Below, piece after piece: positions 49,432 to 58,452 of a stretch of DNA of 64,000 nucleotides; the first letter of the stretch is position 1; each line of letters opens with the position of its first letter. The stretch is from Nannocystis bainbridge (GTDB taxonomy: Bacteria > Myxococcota_A > Polyangia > Nannocystales > Nannocystaceae): positions 224,001 through 288,000 of the forward strand of contig NZ_JAQNDL010000003.1 in assembly GCF_028368995.1 (NCBI RefSeq), given 5' to 3'. The position numbers and the translations under genes are program-made. Below the pieces are notes generated by a model, which was not told the DNA's origin, ran no database searches, and saw nothing but the letters and a program-made list of their open reading frames with translations.

Positions 49432-51195
49432 GTGAGGACGACAGACCCGGCGGAGGCACTGATCGGCGAGCTCGTCGACGACCGTTATCGGCTCCGTCGG
49501 AGGATCGGCCGCGGCGGGATGGGAGCGGTCTATGAGGCGGACGCCGTCCGTCTCGGTCGCCTGTGCGCCGTCAAGGTGCTGCTCCCCGAGTTCACGCGCG
49601 ACGAAACGGCCATGCAACGCTTCCGTCGCGAGGCTCAGGTCGCGTCGCGCGTCAAGCACACCCACGTCGTCGACATCTTCGACACCGGCACCACGAGCGC
49701 CGGCCTCGGCTACATCGCCATGGAGCTGCTGCACGGCGAGAGCCTCGGCACGACGCTCCGTCGAGAAAAGCGGCTCCCCTGGCCGCGTGCGCGGCACATC
49801 GCGCTGCAGATCTGCCGCGCGCTGGCGGCAGCGCACGCACGCGGGGTGATCCACCGCGACATGAAGCCGGACAACTGCTTTCGGCTGAGCCGGGACGGCG
49901 ACCCCGACTTCATCAAGATCCTCGACTTCGGGATCGCCAAGCTGACCGACGCCGACAGCGCCGAGCTCCGCCTGACCGCCAGCGACTCCTTGATCGGCAC
50001 CTATTCGTACATGGCGTACGAACAGATCAAGGGTCTCGACCCGGATCACCGCGTCGATATCTGGGCCGTCGGCGTCATCCTGTACGTCATGCTGACCGGG
50101 GTGTTGCCGTTCTACGGTCAGAACGAGCGGCAAGTCTTCTCCGCGATCCTCCTGCAGGAACCCACGCCGATCCGCGAATTGCTCCCCGGAGTCGATGTCC
50201 CGCCGGAGCTCGAGGCCGTCGTGGCACGCGCCCTCGAGAAGTCGCGCGACGCCCGATTTCCCACCGTCGATGCCCTCGCGCGAGCGCTCGAGGACGTCGG
50301 CCGGCCGAAGTCCCCCGCAGCGAGCGCTCTCCAATCCGTCGCGGCGACCGCCTTCACCCCTCTCGATGACGACGCGCAGACGCTCGACAGGGGCCTTCCG
50401 GCGCGATCTCTCACCCGCGTCGCCGCACCGGCGGCGCCTCCCGGGCGACCGGGTGCAGCCGACATCCCCGAGGACACCGCCGACAGCGGGCGCAGAGCTC
50501 TCGTGCCCTCCACCGATCCGCTGGTCCGCGCCGAGGTCGCGCGAGCGGCCGAATCCAGGGGCACGGCGCCTGCCCGCTTGCCCGACCTCGGCGCCGCAGA
50601 GGCCGAAGAGGCCGCACCCGGCCGGATCGCCCCCCTCGTCGCCTCGTCGGTCTTTCTGACCCTCGCATTGTTCGCAGTGGTCTTCGCGCTGATATCTGGC
50701 TCCTTCTTCGCCGAGCCTTCACCCGCCCCCGCACCCGAGCAGGCACCGGAGCCCGCGCAGCCGCCCGCCGCGCCCGCCCTGGTGACTGCTCCCGAACAGC
50801 CGAAGACTGTCGACGCGCCCGTCCCCACGCCACCGATCTCGACGCCTCCGCCCGCGGCCGCCGACACGCGTCAATCCAAGGCACGCGGGAAGAAGCCCGC
50901 GAAACGACCCGCCGTCGACACCAAGGCCACAGCCGCGAGCGAGCTCGCCAAGCTGTGCATCAGCAAGCCGATCCGCGACTGCTTCGTGGAGAAGCAGAAG
51001 CAGGACGAGGAGATGAAGGTGAGCTTCCAGCTCGATCCCGCGACCGGCGCCGTGCAGCCCATCTTCCCGCTGCTACAACACAAGACTCTCCTCGCCACCT
51101 GTCTCGAGGGCAAGATGAAGACCTGGCGGCTGCCGAAGGCCGGCGCAGGCGAGGCGCCCCCGACGCTCTCCTGTATCCTCAATCGCCAGCGCTGA
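49432..51195 (+). CDS. Canonical membrane Ser/Thr protein kinase
   Basis: IGRGGMGAVY, AVK, HRDMKPDN, DFG, GTYSYMAYEQ, DIWAVG; TM and extracellular tail. Confidence 0.92.
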   Translation: MRTTDPAEALIGELVDDRYRLRRRIGRGGMGAVYEADAVRLGRLCAVKVLLPEFTRDETAMQRFRREAQVASRVKHTHVVDIFDTGTTSAGLGYIAMELLHGESLGTTLRREKRLPWPRARHIALQICRALAAAHARGVIHRDMKPDNCFRLSRDGDPDFIKILDFGIAKLTDADSAELRLTASDSLIGTYSYMAYEQIKGLDPDHRVDIWAVGVILYVMLTGVLPFYGQNERQVFSAILLQEPTPIRELLPGVDVPPELEAVVARALEKSRDARFPTVDALARALEDVGRPKSPAASALQSVAATAFTPLDDDAQTLDRGLPARSLTRVAAPAAPPGRPGAADIPEDTADSGRRALVPSTDPLVRAEVARAAESRGTAPARLPDLGAAEAEEAAPGRIAPLVASSVFLTLALFAVVFALISGSFFAEPSPAPAPEQAPEPAQPPAAPALVTAPEQPKTVDAPVPTPPISTPPPAAADTRQSKARGKKPAKRPAVDTKATAASELAKLCISKPIRDCFVEKQKQDEEMKVSFQLDPATGAVQPIFPLLQHKTLLATCLEGKMKTWRLPKAGAGEAPPTLSCILNRQR

Positions 51196-51209
51196 CCGCC
51201 GGCAGCCCG

Positions 51210-52208
51210 TCAAAAGGCGAAGCCGAGAGATACGTTCACCCCGCCGCGCCAGGCGGGAGCGACCCCCACGCTCGTCCCGTGGCGGCGAAGCAGCGCCGCC
51301 GCTCCCGACGACTTGCGTCGCTTGCCGGCGAGCACCGCCGCGAGCGCGATCGTCGTCGCACCCAGGACCCCGGTCATCACTCCGGTGACGATCGCCGCCG
51401 TGCCGAGCCCCTCCCAGCGCTTGCACGCGACACTCACGTCGCTGCCATCCATGCTTCCGTTCGCCTCGCTGCACATGTCGTCGTCGACGCCGTGAGCGAC
51501 ATCGTTGCCAGGGTCGGCGTCCTCGTAGCTGGCGACCGCCGCGTCATAAATCCGGTTGTAGGCTGCGCCGCGAAACGGCGCCTTGTAACGAGACAGCCCC
51601 GTCCCGAGGCTCACCGCCAGCAGGGCCGCCGTGAAACCGGCCGAGATCGCCAGACCGACGACGAGACGACGCTCGCCTGGCTGTTTCGTCGCATCCGTGC
51701 GCGCCTGGATCGCGATTGCAGGCTCGGCGGCGGCCGGCGTCTCCCGCTCGGCACACCCGCGCTGGGCGCTCGCCCGCTCGAGCCCCTCTCGCAGCCCGGA
51801 CATGCCCACGTACTCGTCCGAGTTCTCGGCCCCGGCCCCATACACGGCCAAGAGACCCTGCAGATACTCGTCCGCGAGCTCGAGCCCCGCCCCTGCGAGC
51901 CCGCAGTCGTCCGGCTCGGCACGGAACGCCTCGCTGTACACGTTGGCCGCCCGGACGGCCAGATCGTTTCGCCGTCCCCGCGTGTCCCGCCGCTCCGGCA
52001 GCCGCCTCAGTTCGTCCGCGAGTCGGACCGCGGCTTCTTCGAACTTGTGCTGCTCGACGAGCACCTCGATCTCGCGGTCGAAGTCCTTCGGAGCCACCAC
52101 CGCAGCCCGAGCGAGCGAAGGACTGCCGAGCTCGACGGACAGCGCGAGCGCGAGGAGGCTGCGGAGCAGAGGTCGCGGTGAAGGTGCGCTGGGTGTTGCC
52201 TCCGACAA
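51210..52208 (-). CDS. Hypothetical TPR-like membrane protein (myxobacterial kinase-associated type)
   Basis: Signal-like helix, TPR-like FEEAAVRLADE segment, two hydrophobic helices, GGVNVSLGFAF end; TTG start with GGAG RBS is inferred. Confidence 0.65.
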   Translation of the reverse strand: MSEATPSAPSPRPLLRSLLALALSVELGSPSLARAAVVAPKDFDREIEVLVEQHKFEEAAVRLADELRRLPERRDTRGRRNDLAVRAANVYSEAFRAEPDDCGLAGAGLELADEYLQGLLAVYGAGAENSDEYVGMSGLREGLERASAQRGCAERETPAAAEPAIAIQARTDATKQPGERRLVVGLAISAGFTAALLAVSLGTGLSRYKAPFRGAAYNRIYDAAVASYEDADPGNDVAHGVDDDMCSEANGSMDGSDVSVACKRWEGLGTAAIVTGVMTGVLGATTIALAAVLAGKRRKSSGAAALLRRHGTSVGVAPAWRGGVNVSLGFAF

Positions 52209-52528
52209 TGTCGCTCCGGATGCCAGGGTAGCAAACTCGCTTTCGCGCGGGAAGCTCGTCGAGACCGACCATACCGAACAGCTAGCGAGAGCGCCGTCAA
52301 TCACGTGGACTGATCGTCCATGCGAGTGCAGGCTCACCTGTGCACACTTCGAACGAGCCCAAGCAGAGATTTTGTCGACGCCGCCACAGCCACCGCTCCG
52401 CAGTCTCCTCGTACCCCAGTGCCGACACCTCCAAGTGTCGGCCGCTTGCTCGACCAGGCGCCGCCCCCCGATCGCGCCCTGCGCCGGCCGACTTGGGTCG
52501 TGCAATCCATGACCTGGTATGGTCGAGC

Positions 52529-52900
52529 CTATATAAAGTCGGACTCCCAAAACCGGCTCTTGTTCAATTTCCCGCCAATCGTCAAGTGGTACATGGGCAG
52601 GCGTTTTTGGAAATGCCAGCGAATATCTGTAATATATCCGCGCCGGCCGTCCCGGAGTTCCACCTCCGATCCAAACGCTCGCAAGGGCACGTCGATTTTC
52701 TTAAACAGGCTCGGGCGTCCGCGAAACTCGTAATCCCCAGACCTGAGCGTAAGAAATTCCTCATCCTCGTTGACAACCTGTAGAACACGATTTCCAGGTG
52801 TTTCTTTCCGAACCGCATCAAGATCGTCGGGGTGGATCAGATTTGGTCCATGCTCCTCGAACCACTGATATAAACCCCATTGTGCACAAATTTTTGACAC
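52529..52900 (-). CDS. Putative Rhs immunity protein (DUF6960-like)
   Basis: Directly downstream of the Rhs gene, AT-richer; WGLYQWFEEHGPNLIHPDD...IRWHF; GTG start 52900. Confidence 0.75.
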   Translation of the reverse strand: MSKICAQWGLYQWFEEHGPNLIHPDDLDAVRKETPGNRVLQVVNEDEEFLTLRSGDYEFRGRPSLFKKIDVPLRAFGSEVELRDGRRGYITDIRWHFQKRLPMYHLTIGGKLNKSRFWESDFI

Positions 52901-52907
52901 CTTATTG

Positions 52908-55900
52908 CTACTTTCGGTAGTAGGGCACATAACCCTGGAAGTTTCGATGAAAGGCACCTGTAGGGAGATTGCTGAACGCTTCTTCGGCAGCTTTGAGAGC
53001 CCCAGTTTTTGGTTTGAAATGTCCGGAAGCGTTGTCGACCGAAAAGATTCGCCCTCCGCGGATATCGACGATTCCTGCAGCTTGCACCCTCGGATCTGCA
53101 CCGCCGATGAGAGTTGGGTGGGGCATGCGTTGACCTGCCCGAGTGCCAATTGTGATGGCGCCATGTTTATCTACGACGTACATGAATTGCCCACTTGTGC
53201 GACTGTCTCCAATCTTTCCGGTTGCAGAAAGAAGATCTGTGATCTTTACCGCCGTCGGGTTCTTGATGTACTTACCGTTGACCAGGACACCAGCAGCTTC
53301 GTCCGCAGCTTTTGTCGAGGGGTCCACGGACGATAATTTATCGCCTCCCGCTGAATATGAATCCAGCGTACTCGAAGTAGCTGTAGCATCAGCATCCTTG
53401 CGCTCAGGGCAATCTTCTCCCTCGTGCTCCTTTCCACAAACGCTACAAGTATCGAGCCCGCGCGGGTCGAACTGCACCAGCGGGCAACACGTATACGCAT
53501 AGAGGTTGAGCCCCCCGCCCGTCCCTGCCGGGTCTTCCTCGAGATACCTCCCGAGCTCCGGGCTGTAGTACCGGAACCGGTTGTAGCAGAGCCCAGTCTC
53601 CGCATCATAAAGCTGCCCCGCAAGTCGGTGCGAGACCTCGAGCTCCCCCTCGGCTTTCGCCAGCCCGTACGGTGCCAGCTCGGCCGACCACACTCGCCGC
53701 CCATCACCATCGAGCGCCGCGACGGGCGCACCGCGCTGGTCGGTGACGAGGTAGTGGAGCTTGCCGCTGCCTGGCTCGGCATCGACCGAATCATAGTCGA
53801 TCATCAGCCAGGGCGTCAGCGAGAAGTCGTCGACGTAGACGTGCACTCGCAGCCGGCCGCTGCTGTGGAGCTCGGCGGCGAGGCGGTCGGTGTCCCAGAA
53901 ATACTCGGTCCAGGCCGCGCCGAAGGTCTTGCGGACCCGCCGCCCCAGTGGGTCGTAGTCGGCCGTCCACGGCGCGTCCAGGCCCTCGATCGCCCGCAGG
54001 CGGTCGAGCGCGTCGCGCTGGAAGCGCAGCGAGCGACCGTCGCGCTCCCACTCCGCCACGTTGTTGCGACCGTCGTAGCCGAGGCTGCCGCCGTTCGCCA
54101 TCACCAGCTGATTGCCCGGCCCGATCGCCGCCGCCGGCAGGTGCGGCGCCTCGACCAGGTTGCCGGCCGCGTCGTACCCGTACGCCTCGCTCGCGCCATC
54201 AGGCCGCGTCACGCCCGCGAGCTGGTGCGCCGCGTCGTAGCGATAGCGCGTCTCGCCGCGCTCCGAGTCCTTGACCGCCAGCAGGTCACCCTCCGCCGAA
54301 TAGGCGAATCGCCGCCGCCACGGATCTTCGTTGCTATCGACGGGGAACAGGTGCTTCTCGCGCACATGCCCGCGCGAGTCGACCTGCGTCAGCTCGCGCG
54401 CCCCGCAGGCGAGGTGCCGCGTGACCACCCCGTCCGACTCGAGCACCAGGCGATGCACGTTTCCGAGTGGGTCGGTGATCTCGAGCGTGCCGGCGTCGAC
54501 CCGCTGATAGCGCGTCGTGAACCGCCCCAGCACCGTCGTCGCCTGCAGCCGGTCGGCGAGGAACGCGTGCTCCACCCCGCGCCCGTCGCGGAAGTCCTTC
54601 CGACGCCGCCCCAGCCCCGTGTACGCGAACTCGAGGGTCCGCCCCGACCACTCGATACGCGCGAACTGCCCCGCCGGCGTATAGGCGTAGCGATGCTCCT
54701 CCCCATCGGCGAGCCGGCGCACCGACTTCAGGCTGTTCTCGCCGTATTGATAGGACACCAGCAGCTGGCCGCGCGCGTCGTGCTTCGCCGTCAGGTTGCC
54801 CGCGCGGTCGTACTTGTACGATTCGACCAGCTGCTCGTAATGCCGGACCTCGGTCAGCGCGTCGCGCAGGTCGTAGCGATAGGTGTGACGATTCCCGGCC
54901 GGGTCGGTGACCGCGGCGATCTGGTCGGTCAGCGTGTACTCGTAGCGGATCGTCCGCCCGAGCGGGTCGCGGGCGAGGTTGCGCAGATTGCCGCCGGCGA
55001 ACTCGAACTCGTAACGCCCGCCGTCGTGGTCCGAATACCAGCGCACCCAGCCGTTCGGGGTGTACGCCCATCGCCGCGGCGACGGGGCCGCCCCGCGCTC
55101 TTCCACCAGCAGGCCCAGCTCGTCGCGCCGCACCTGCGCCCGCGGGTCGCGCTCGGGGAACACATGCGAGTAGATCGAAGCCCCACCCGTCAGCAGCGGC
55201 CCCAGCCCCGGCGACGCCAGCGGCGCGTTCTCGAGGATCTCCGCCGCCAGATCGCCGAGCTCGAGCTCCGCCGGCGTGCGCGGCACCCGGTGCGGCAGCG
55301 GCCCCGACGGGCTCTCGACCGGCCGAATCCCGCCGTGCGCGGTGCGCCAGGCGACGATCTCGCCGGCGGCGTCGTACACCGCGCTGCGGGTGTCGCCGCC
55401 TGCGTCTGTCTCCTGGGTCAGTCGACCCGAATCGTCGTACTCGAAGCGGCGGATCCCGCCGTACGGGTCGATGATCTCGGTGATCGACAGCGACCCGTCG
55501 TAGCGATAAAGCCAGGCCCCGCCGTCGGCCCGCGTGACCTCGGTCGCCAGCGCCTCGGGCATGTAGCGCAGCTTCACCTCGCCGTTGCGATCGTGCCCGC
55601 GCGACAGCACGCAGCGGCCCGCGCCATCATAGAAGTACTCGAACTTGTAGCCGCAGCGATCGACGCGGGTCAGCATCCGGTGCGCCGCGTCGTAGGTGAA
55701 CCGCTGCGCATGCCCGTAGCGATCGGTCGCTGCCAGCAGGTCGCCCGTATCGCCGTACTGGTAGCGCATCAGCGCCAGCGGCTGCCCCTGCGCCCGCTCC
55801 GGGTGGCGGGACAACCAGATCGTCTGCACCCGATCGCCCGCGTGCTCGATCGTCACCACGGTCACGCCGGTGGCGTCGCTGAGCCTTATCAGTCGCCCGC

Positions 55901-56378
55901 GCGCATCGTGCTCGAGCGCGATCGAACCTGTCTCCCGGGACACCCTGTGCGGGCGCGCGACCGCGGCCGGGTCCGCGACCGCGAACGCGTACTCCGTCCC
56001 GTCCGGGTCCTGCAGCACGAAGCCGCGGCCCACCGGCCTCAGCAAGAAGCGCGCGCACTCGCTGACCTCGTCGGCGGGCGCGAACGGGAACAGCACCGTC
56101 TCGCCGTTCGGCTGGGTGTAAAGCCAGCCGTCGACCACCGCCCGCAGTGTGCGATCGTACTCGTGGGTGTGGCCATGGCCGAGCGGGCCGTCGCTCAGGT
56201 CCAGCGTATTGTAGTAGCGCCGCCAGACGATCGCCCCCGCCTCCGGCGATGGCCCGAGCGGCAGCGTGAACTCGGCCGCGACATCCGCGAGCGCACCGGT
56301 GACGACGTCGACCGGATCACCGACCCATCGCAGCCCCTGGCTCGCGCCGCACCGTGGAGTTTGCCCGTCCATCGTCAT
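52908..56378 (-). CDS. rhs: Rhs polymorphic toxin (DUF6531 N-terminus, YD repeats, core, C-terminal toxin)
   Basis: GDPVDVVTG; YD repeats; GQLYDAETGLCYNRFRYYSPELGRYL...NLYAY...DPRGL cleavage motif. Confidence 0.95.
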   Translation of the reverse strand: MTMDGQTPRCGASQGLRWVGDPVDVVTGALADVAAEFTLPLGPSPEAGAIVWRRYYNTLDLSDGPLGHGHTHEYDRTLRAVVDGWLYTQPNGETVLFPFAPADEVSECARFLLRPVGRGFVLQDPDGTEYAFAVADPAAVARPHRVSRETGSIALEHDARGRLIRLSDATGVTVVTIEHAGDRVQTIWLSRHPERAQGQPLALMRYQYGDTGDLLAATDRYGHAQRFTYDAAHRMLTRVDRCGYKFEYFYDGAGRCVLSRGHDRNGEVKLRYMPEALATEVTRADGGAWLYRYDGSLSITEIIDPYGGIRRFEYDDSGRLTQETDAGGDTRSAVYDAAGEIVAWRTAHGGIRPVESPSGPLPHRVPRTPAELELGDLAAEILENAPLASPGLGPLLTGGASIYSHVFPERDPRAQVRRDELGLLVEERGAAPSPRRWAYTPNGWVRWYSDHDGGRYEFEFAGGNLRNLARDPLGRTIRYEYTLTDQIAAVTDPAGNRHTYRYDLRDALTEVRHYEQLVESYKYDRAGNLTAKHDARGQLLVSYQYGENSLKSVRRLADGEEHRYAYTPAGQFARIEWSGRTLEFAYTGLGRRRKDFRDGRGVEHAFLADRLQATTVLGRFTTRYQRVDAGTLEITDPLGNVHRLVLESDGVVTRHLACGARELTQVDSRGHVREKHLFPVDSNEDPWRRRFAYSAEGDLLAVKDSERGETRYRYDAAHQLAGVTRPDGASEAYGYDAAGNLVEAPHLPAAAIGPGNQLVMANGGSLGYDGRNNVAEWERDGRSLRFQRDALDRLRAIEGLDAPWTADYDPLGRRVRKTFGAAWTEYFWDTDRLAAELHSSGRLRVHVYVDDFSLTPWLMIDYDSVDAEPGSGKLHYLVTDQRGAPVAALDGDGRRVWSAELAPYGLAKAEGELEVSHRLAGQLYDAETGLCYNRFRYYSPELGRYLEEDPAGTGGGLNLYAYTCCPLVQFDPRGLDTCSVCGKEHEGEDCPERKDADATATSSTLDSYSAGGDKLSSVDPSTKAADEAAGVLVNGKYIKNPTAVKITDLLSATGKIGDSRTSGQFMYVVDKHGAITIGTRAGQRMPHPTLIGGADPRVQAAGIVDIRGGRIFSVDNASGHFKPKTGALKAAEEAFSNLPTGAFHRNFQGYVPYYRK

Positions 56379-57256
56379 TTACAAGTCGAGGGGCCCTGCT
56401 GATCGCCGTCGTTCTTGCCGCGTCGGCTCGGCGGCATGTCGGCCCGCGAAAGATGACGCTGGGCCATCGCCACCCCGCTCGGCACCGGAAAGCCGCCGAT
56501 CAGGACGTTCGGCATCCCGAACAGCAGCGCGCCGACCGGCGGCCCGATGCACGGGTTCTTGCCCAGCAGCATCCCGAACGCCATCGTCGCCGCGTCCATC
56601 GCCAGCTGCGCCGCTCCCATCGCGGCCGACAACGCATAGCCCTCGGCGACCGCCGGATCTTCGGCGTTCGCCGAATCGACCGCGTCGGCGACCACCCCGA
56701 CGGCCTGGGCGGCCATGCCGACGTACGGCATCACCTGCACCACCTTGTTGGCGGCCGCGGCGACCGTGGCCAGCTTGCCCGGCTTCATCCGCGTGGGCGC
56801 GGGCCAGCAATGCATGGTGACATCGAACATGCGCGCGGCCCGGGCCCCGCCGATGAACACCTTCGACGAGCCGGTGAGGATCTCGAACCCCGGCAGCGGC
56901 GCCCCGAGGCAGGTCGGATTGATTCCGACGTCGCCGGCGCGCGCGGCCGGCAACCCGTTGATCAGCACCGACACGCAGCAGCCGAGAGTCACTGCGCCGA
57001 TCACCGGCAGCGGCGTCGGCAGCGGGATATGGGCGTGCGGCAGCCCGACCGCGAGCGAGCCGATCGTCGCCGCCGGGAACTCGGGCCACACCTGCGCCAG
57101 CGCGGCCGTGGCCACCGCGAACGTCTCGTTGAACTTGTCGACCGGCGCGTTGATGGTCGCCATCACCGTGCCGATGCCCTCTTGCAGCACCCGCGCCGGG
57201 TTCTTCGGCGGCTCGGGCGGCTGCTTCGGCGTCGCCGCGAGCGACACGCGGCTCAT
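56375..57256 (-). CDS. PAAR-domain protein with hydrophobic helices
   Basis: SVLINGLPAARAGD, GSSKVFIGGARAARMFD, GMPNVLIGG; ATGA overlaps on both sides. Confidence 0.9.
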   Translation of the reverse strand: MSRVSLAATPKQPPEPPKNPARVLQEGIGTVMATINAPVDKFNETFAVATAALAQVWPEFPAATIGSLAVGLPHAHIPLPTPLPVIGAVTLGCCVSVLINGLPAARAGDVGINPTCLGAPLPGFEILTGSSKVFIGGARAARMFDVTMHCWPAPTRMKPGKLATVAAAANKVVQVMPYVGMAAQAVGVVADAVDSANAEDPAVAEGYALSAAMGAAQLAMDAATMAFGMLLGKNPCIGPPVGALLFGMPNVLIGGFPVPSGVAMAQRHLSRADMPPSRRGKNDGDQQGPSTCK

Positions 57257-58446
57257 GGCGAACCCTCCAGGAACGCCGCGATCTCGCGCCCGAGCGCCGC
57301 CGGCACGCGGCGCTGACTGCTCGACAGCCGGGGCCGCAGCTCGGCCAGCAGACCCGCGTGGGCGAGCTCGCGGGCGACCTGCGCCGCTGCCAGATAGCTC
57401 CTCCCAGCCGCCTCGTGGGCCCCGCGCAGCTCCTCCAGCCGGCCGCGCCACTGCAATGCGTGCACGTGGCTGGGCGCGTCGGGGATCGCCATGGCGAGCC
57501 GCTGCGCGCCGTCATAAAAGGTCTCGGCGTCGGCGCTGCGGCCCTGCTCGAAGTACAGCCGCGCGAGGTTCTGCGTGACCGCGAGCAGCAGCAGCGCCGC
57601 CCCGGTCTTGCTCGCCGGCACCAGCGCGCGCTCGTACCACGTAACCGCTTCTCGGCTGTCCTTTCGGGCAGCCGCGACATCACCGAGCCCGCTCAGCGCC
57701 AGCGCCGAGAGCACCGGGTTCGCGGCCGCCTCGGCCCACGAGTAAAGCTCGCGGAAGCCGGCGATCGCCTGGTCGTGGCGCCCGCTCGCCGCGTCGATCG
57801 CCGCCGACTGCAGCAGCGCCTGGGCCCGCCGCTCCGGCGGCGCCTCCGGATCGCTGGCCTCCTCGGCGACGCCCGACGCCAGCGCCGTGAGCGAAAGATC
57901 GACCGCGAGCGCGCGACACAGCCGCGGCAGCTCGCCGAGCGCCGCAGTCGGCAACGCGTGCACGAAGATCCGCAGGCGATGGAACCACGGCGGAAAGCCC
58001 GGCTCCGCCGCGACCAGGCCGCGCATGAACGCCTGCGCCTCGGCCTCGTCCTCGACCGTCAGCGGGACGAGGATGACGACCAGTCGCGGAGGACATGTCC
58101 TTTTGGGCAGGACCCGATCGCGCGTGAACTCGAGCGTCGACCGCACCCGCGCGACCGCCGATCGCGACGGATCGGAGCACGCCGCCGGCAATGCCAGCGC
58201 AGCATCACCCGAACACGAGCGGGCGACCGCCAGGCACACCTCGGCGATCGTCGCCGCATAGGCATCGGCCGACACGAACGCGTGCGGGACCGGCAAGAAC
58301 ACGTCGGCCGACCCGGCCGCGAGCTCGTGCAGCGTCGCGTGCACCCACGGCAAGAACTCGTGCTCGGCCCGCAGCACGCACATACCGTGCTCGTGGCCGG
58401 TGATGAAGCCGGCGAGGTCTTGCCCGAGTCGCTGGAGCGTGCGCAT
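57253..58446 (-). CDS. TPR-containing protein in the vgrG-PAAR-rhs operon (candidate adaptor/chaperone)
   Basis: C-terminal TPR-like repeats (ALSGLGDVA...EAVTWYERAL); translationally coupled to PAAR. Confidence 0.75.
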   Translation of the reverse strand: MRTLQRLGQDLAGFITGHEHGMCVLRAEHEFLPWVHATLHELAAGSADVFLPVPHAFVSADAYAATIAEVCLAVARSCSGDAALALPAACSDPSRSAVARVRSTLEFTRDRVLPKRTCPPRLVVILVPLTVEDEAEAQAFMRGLVAAEPGFPPWFHRLRIFVHALPTAALGELPRLCRALAVDLSLTALASGVAEEASDPEAPPERRAQALLQSAAIDAASGRHDQAIAGFRELYSWAEAAANPVLSALALSGLGDVAAARKDSREAVTWYERALVPASKTGAALLLLAVTQNLARLYFEQGRSADAETFYDGAQRLAMAIPDAPSHVHALQWRGRLEELRGAHEAAGRSYLAAAQVARELAHAGLLAELRPRLSSSQRRVPAALGREIAAFLEGSP

Positions 58447-58452
58447 CGGGCC

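Noticed and set aside
52901-53164. N-terminal extension of the immunity ORF to 53164
   Set aside because: It overlaps the Rhs toxin tip in another frame; GTG at 52900 directly after the Rhs stop is more plausible
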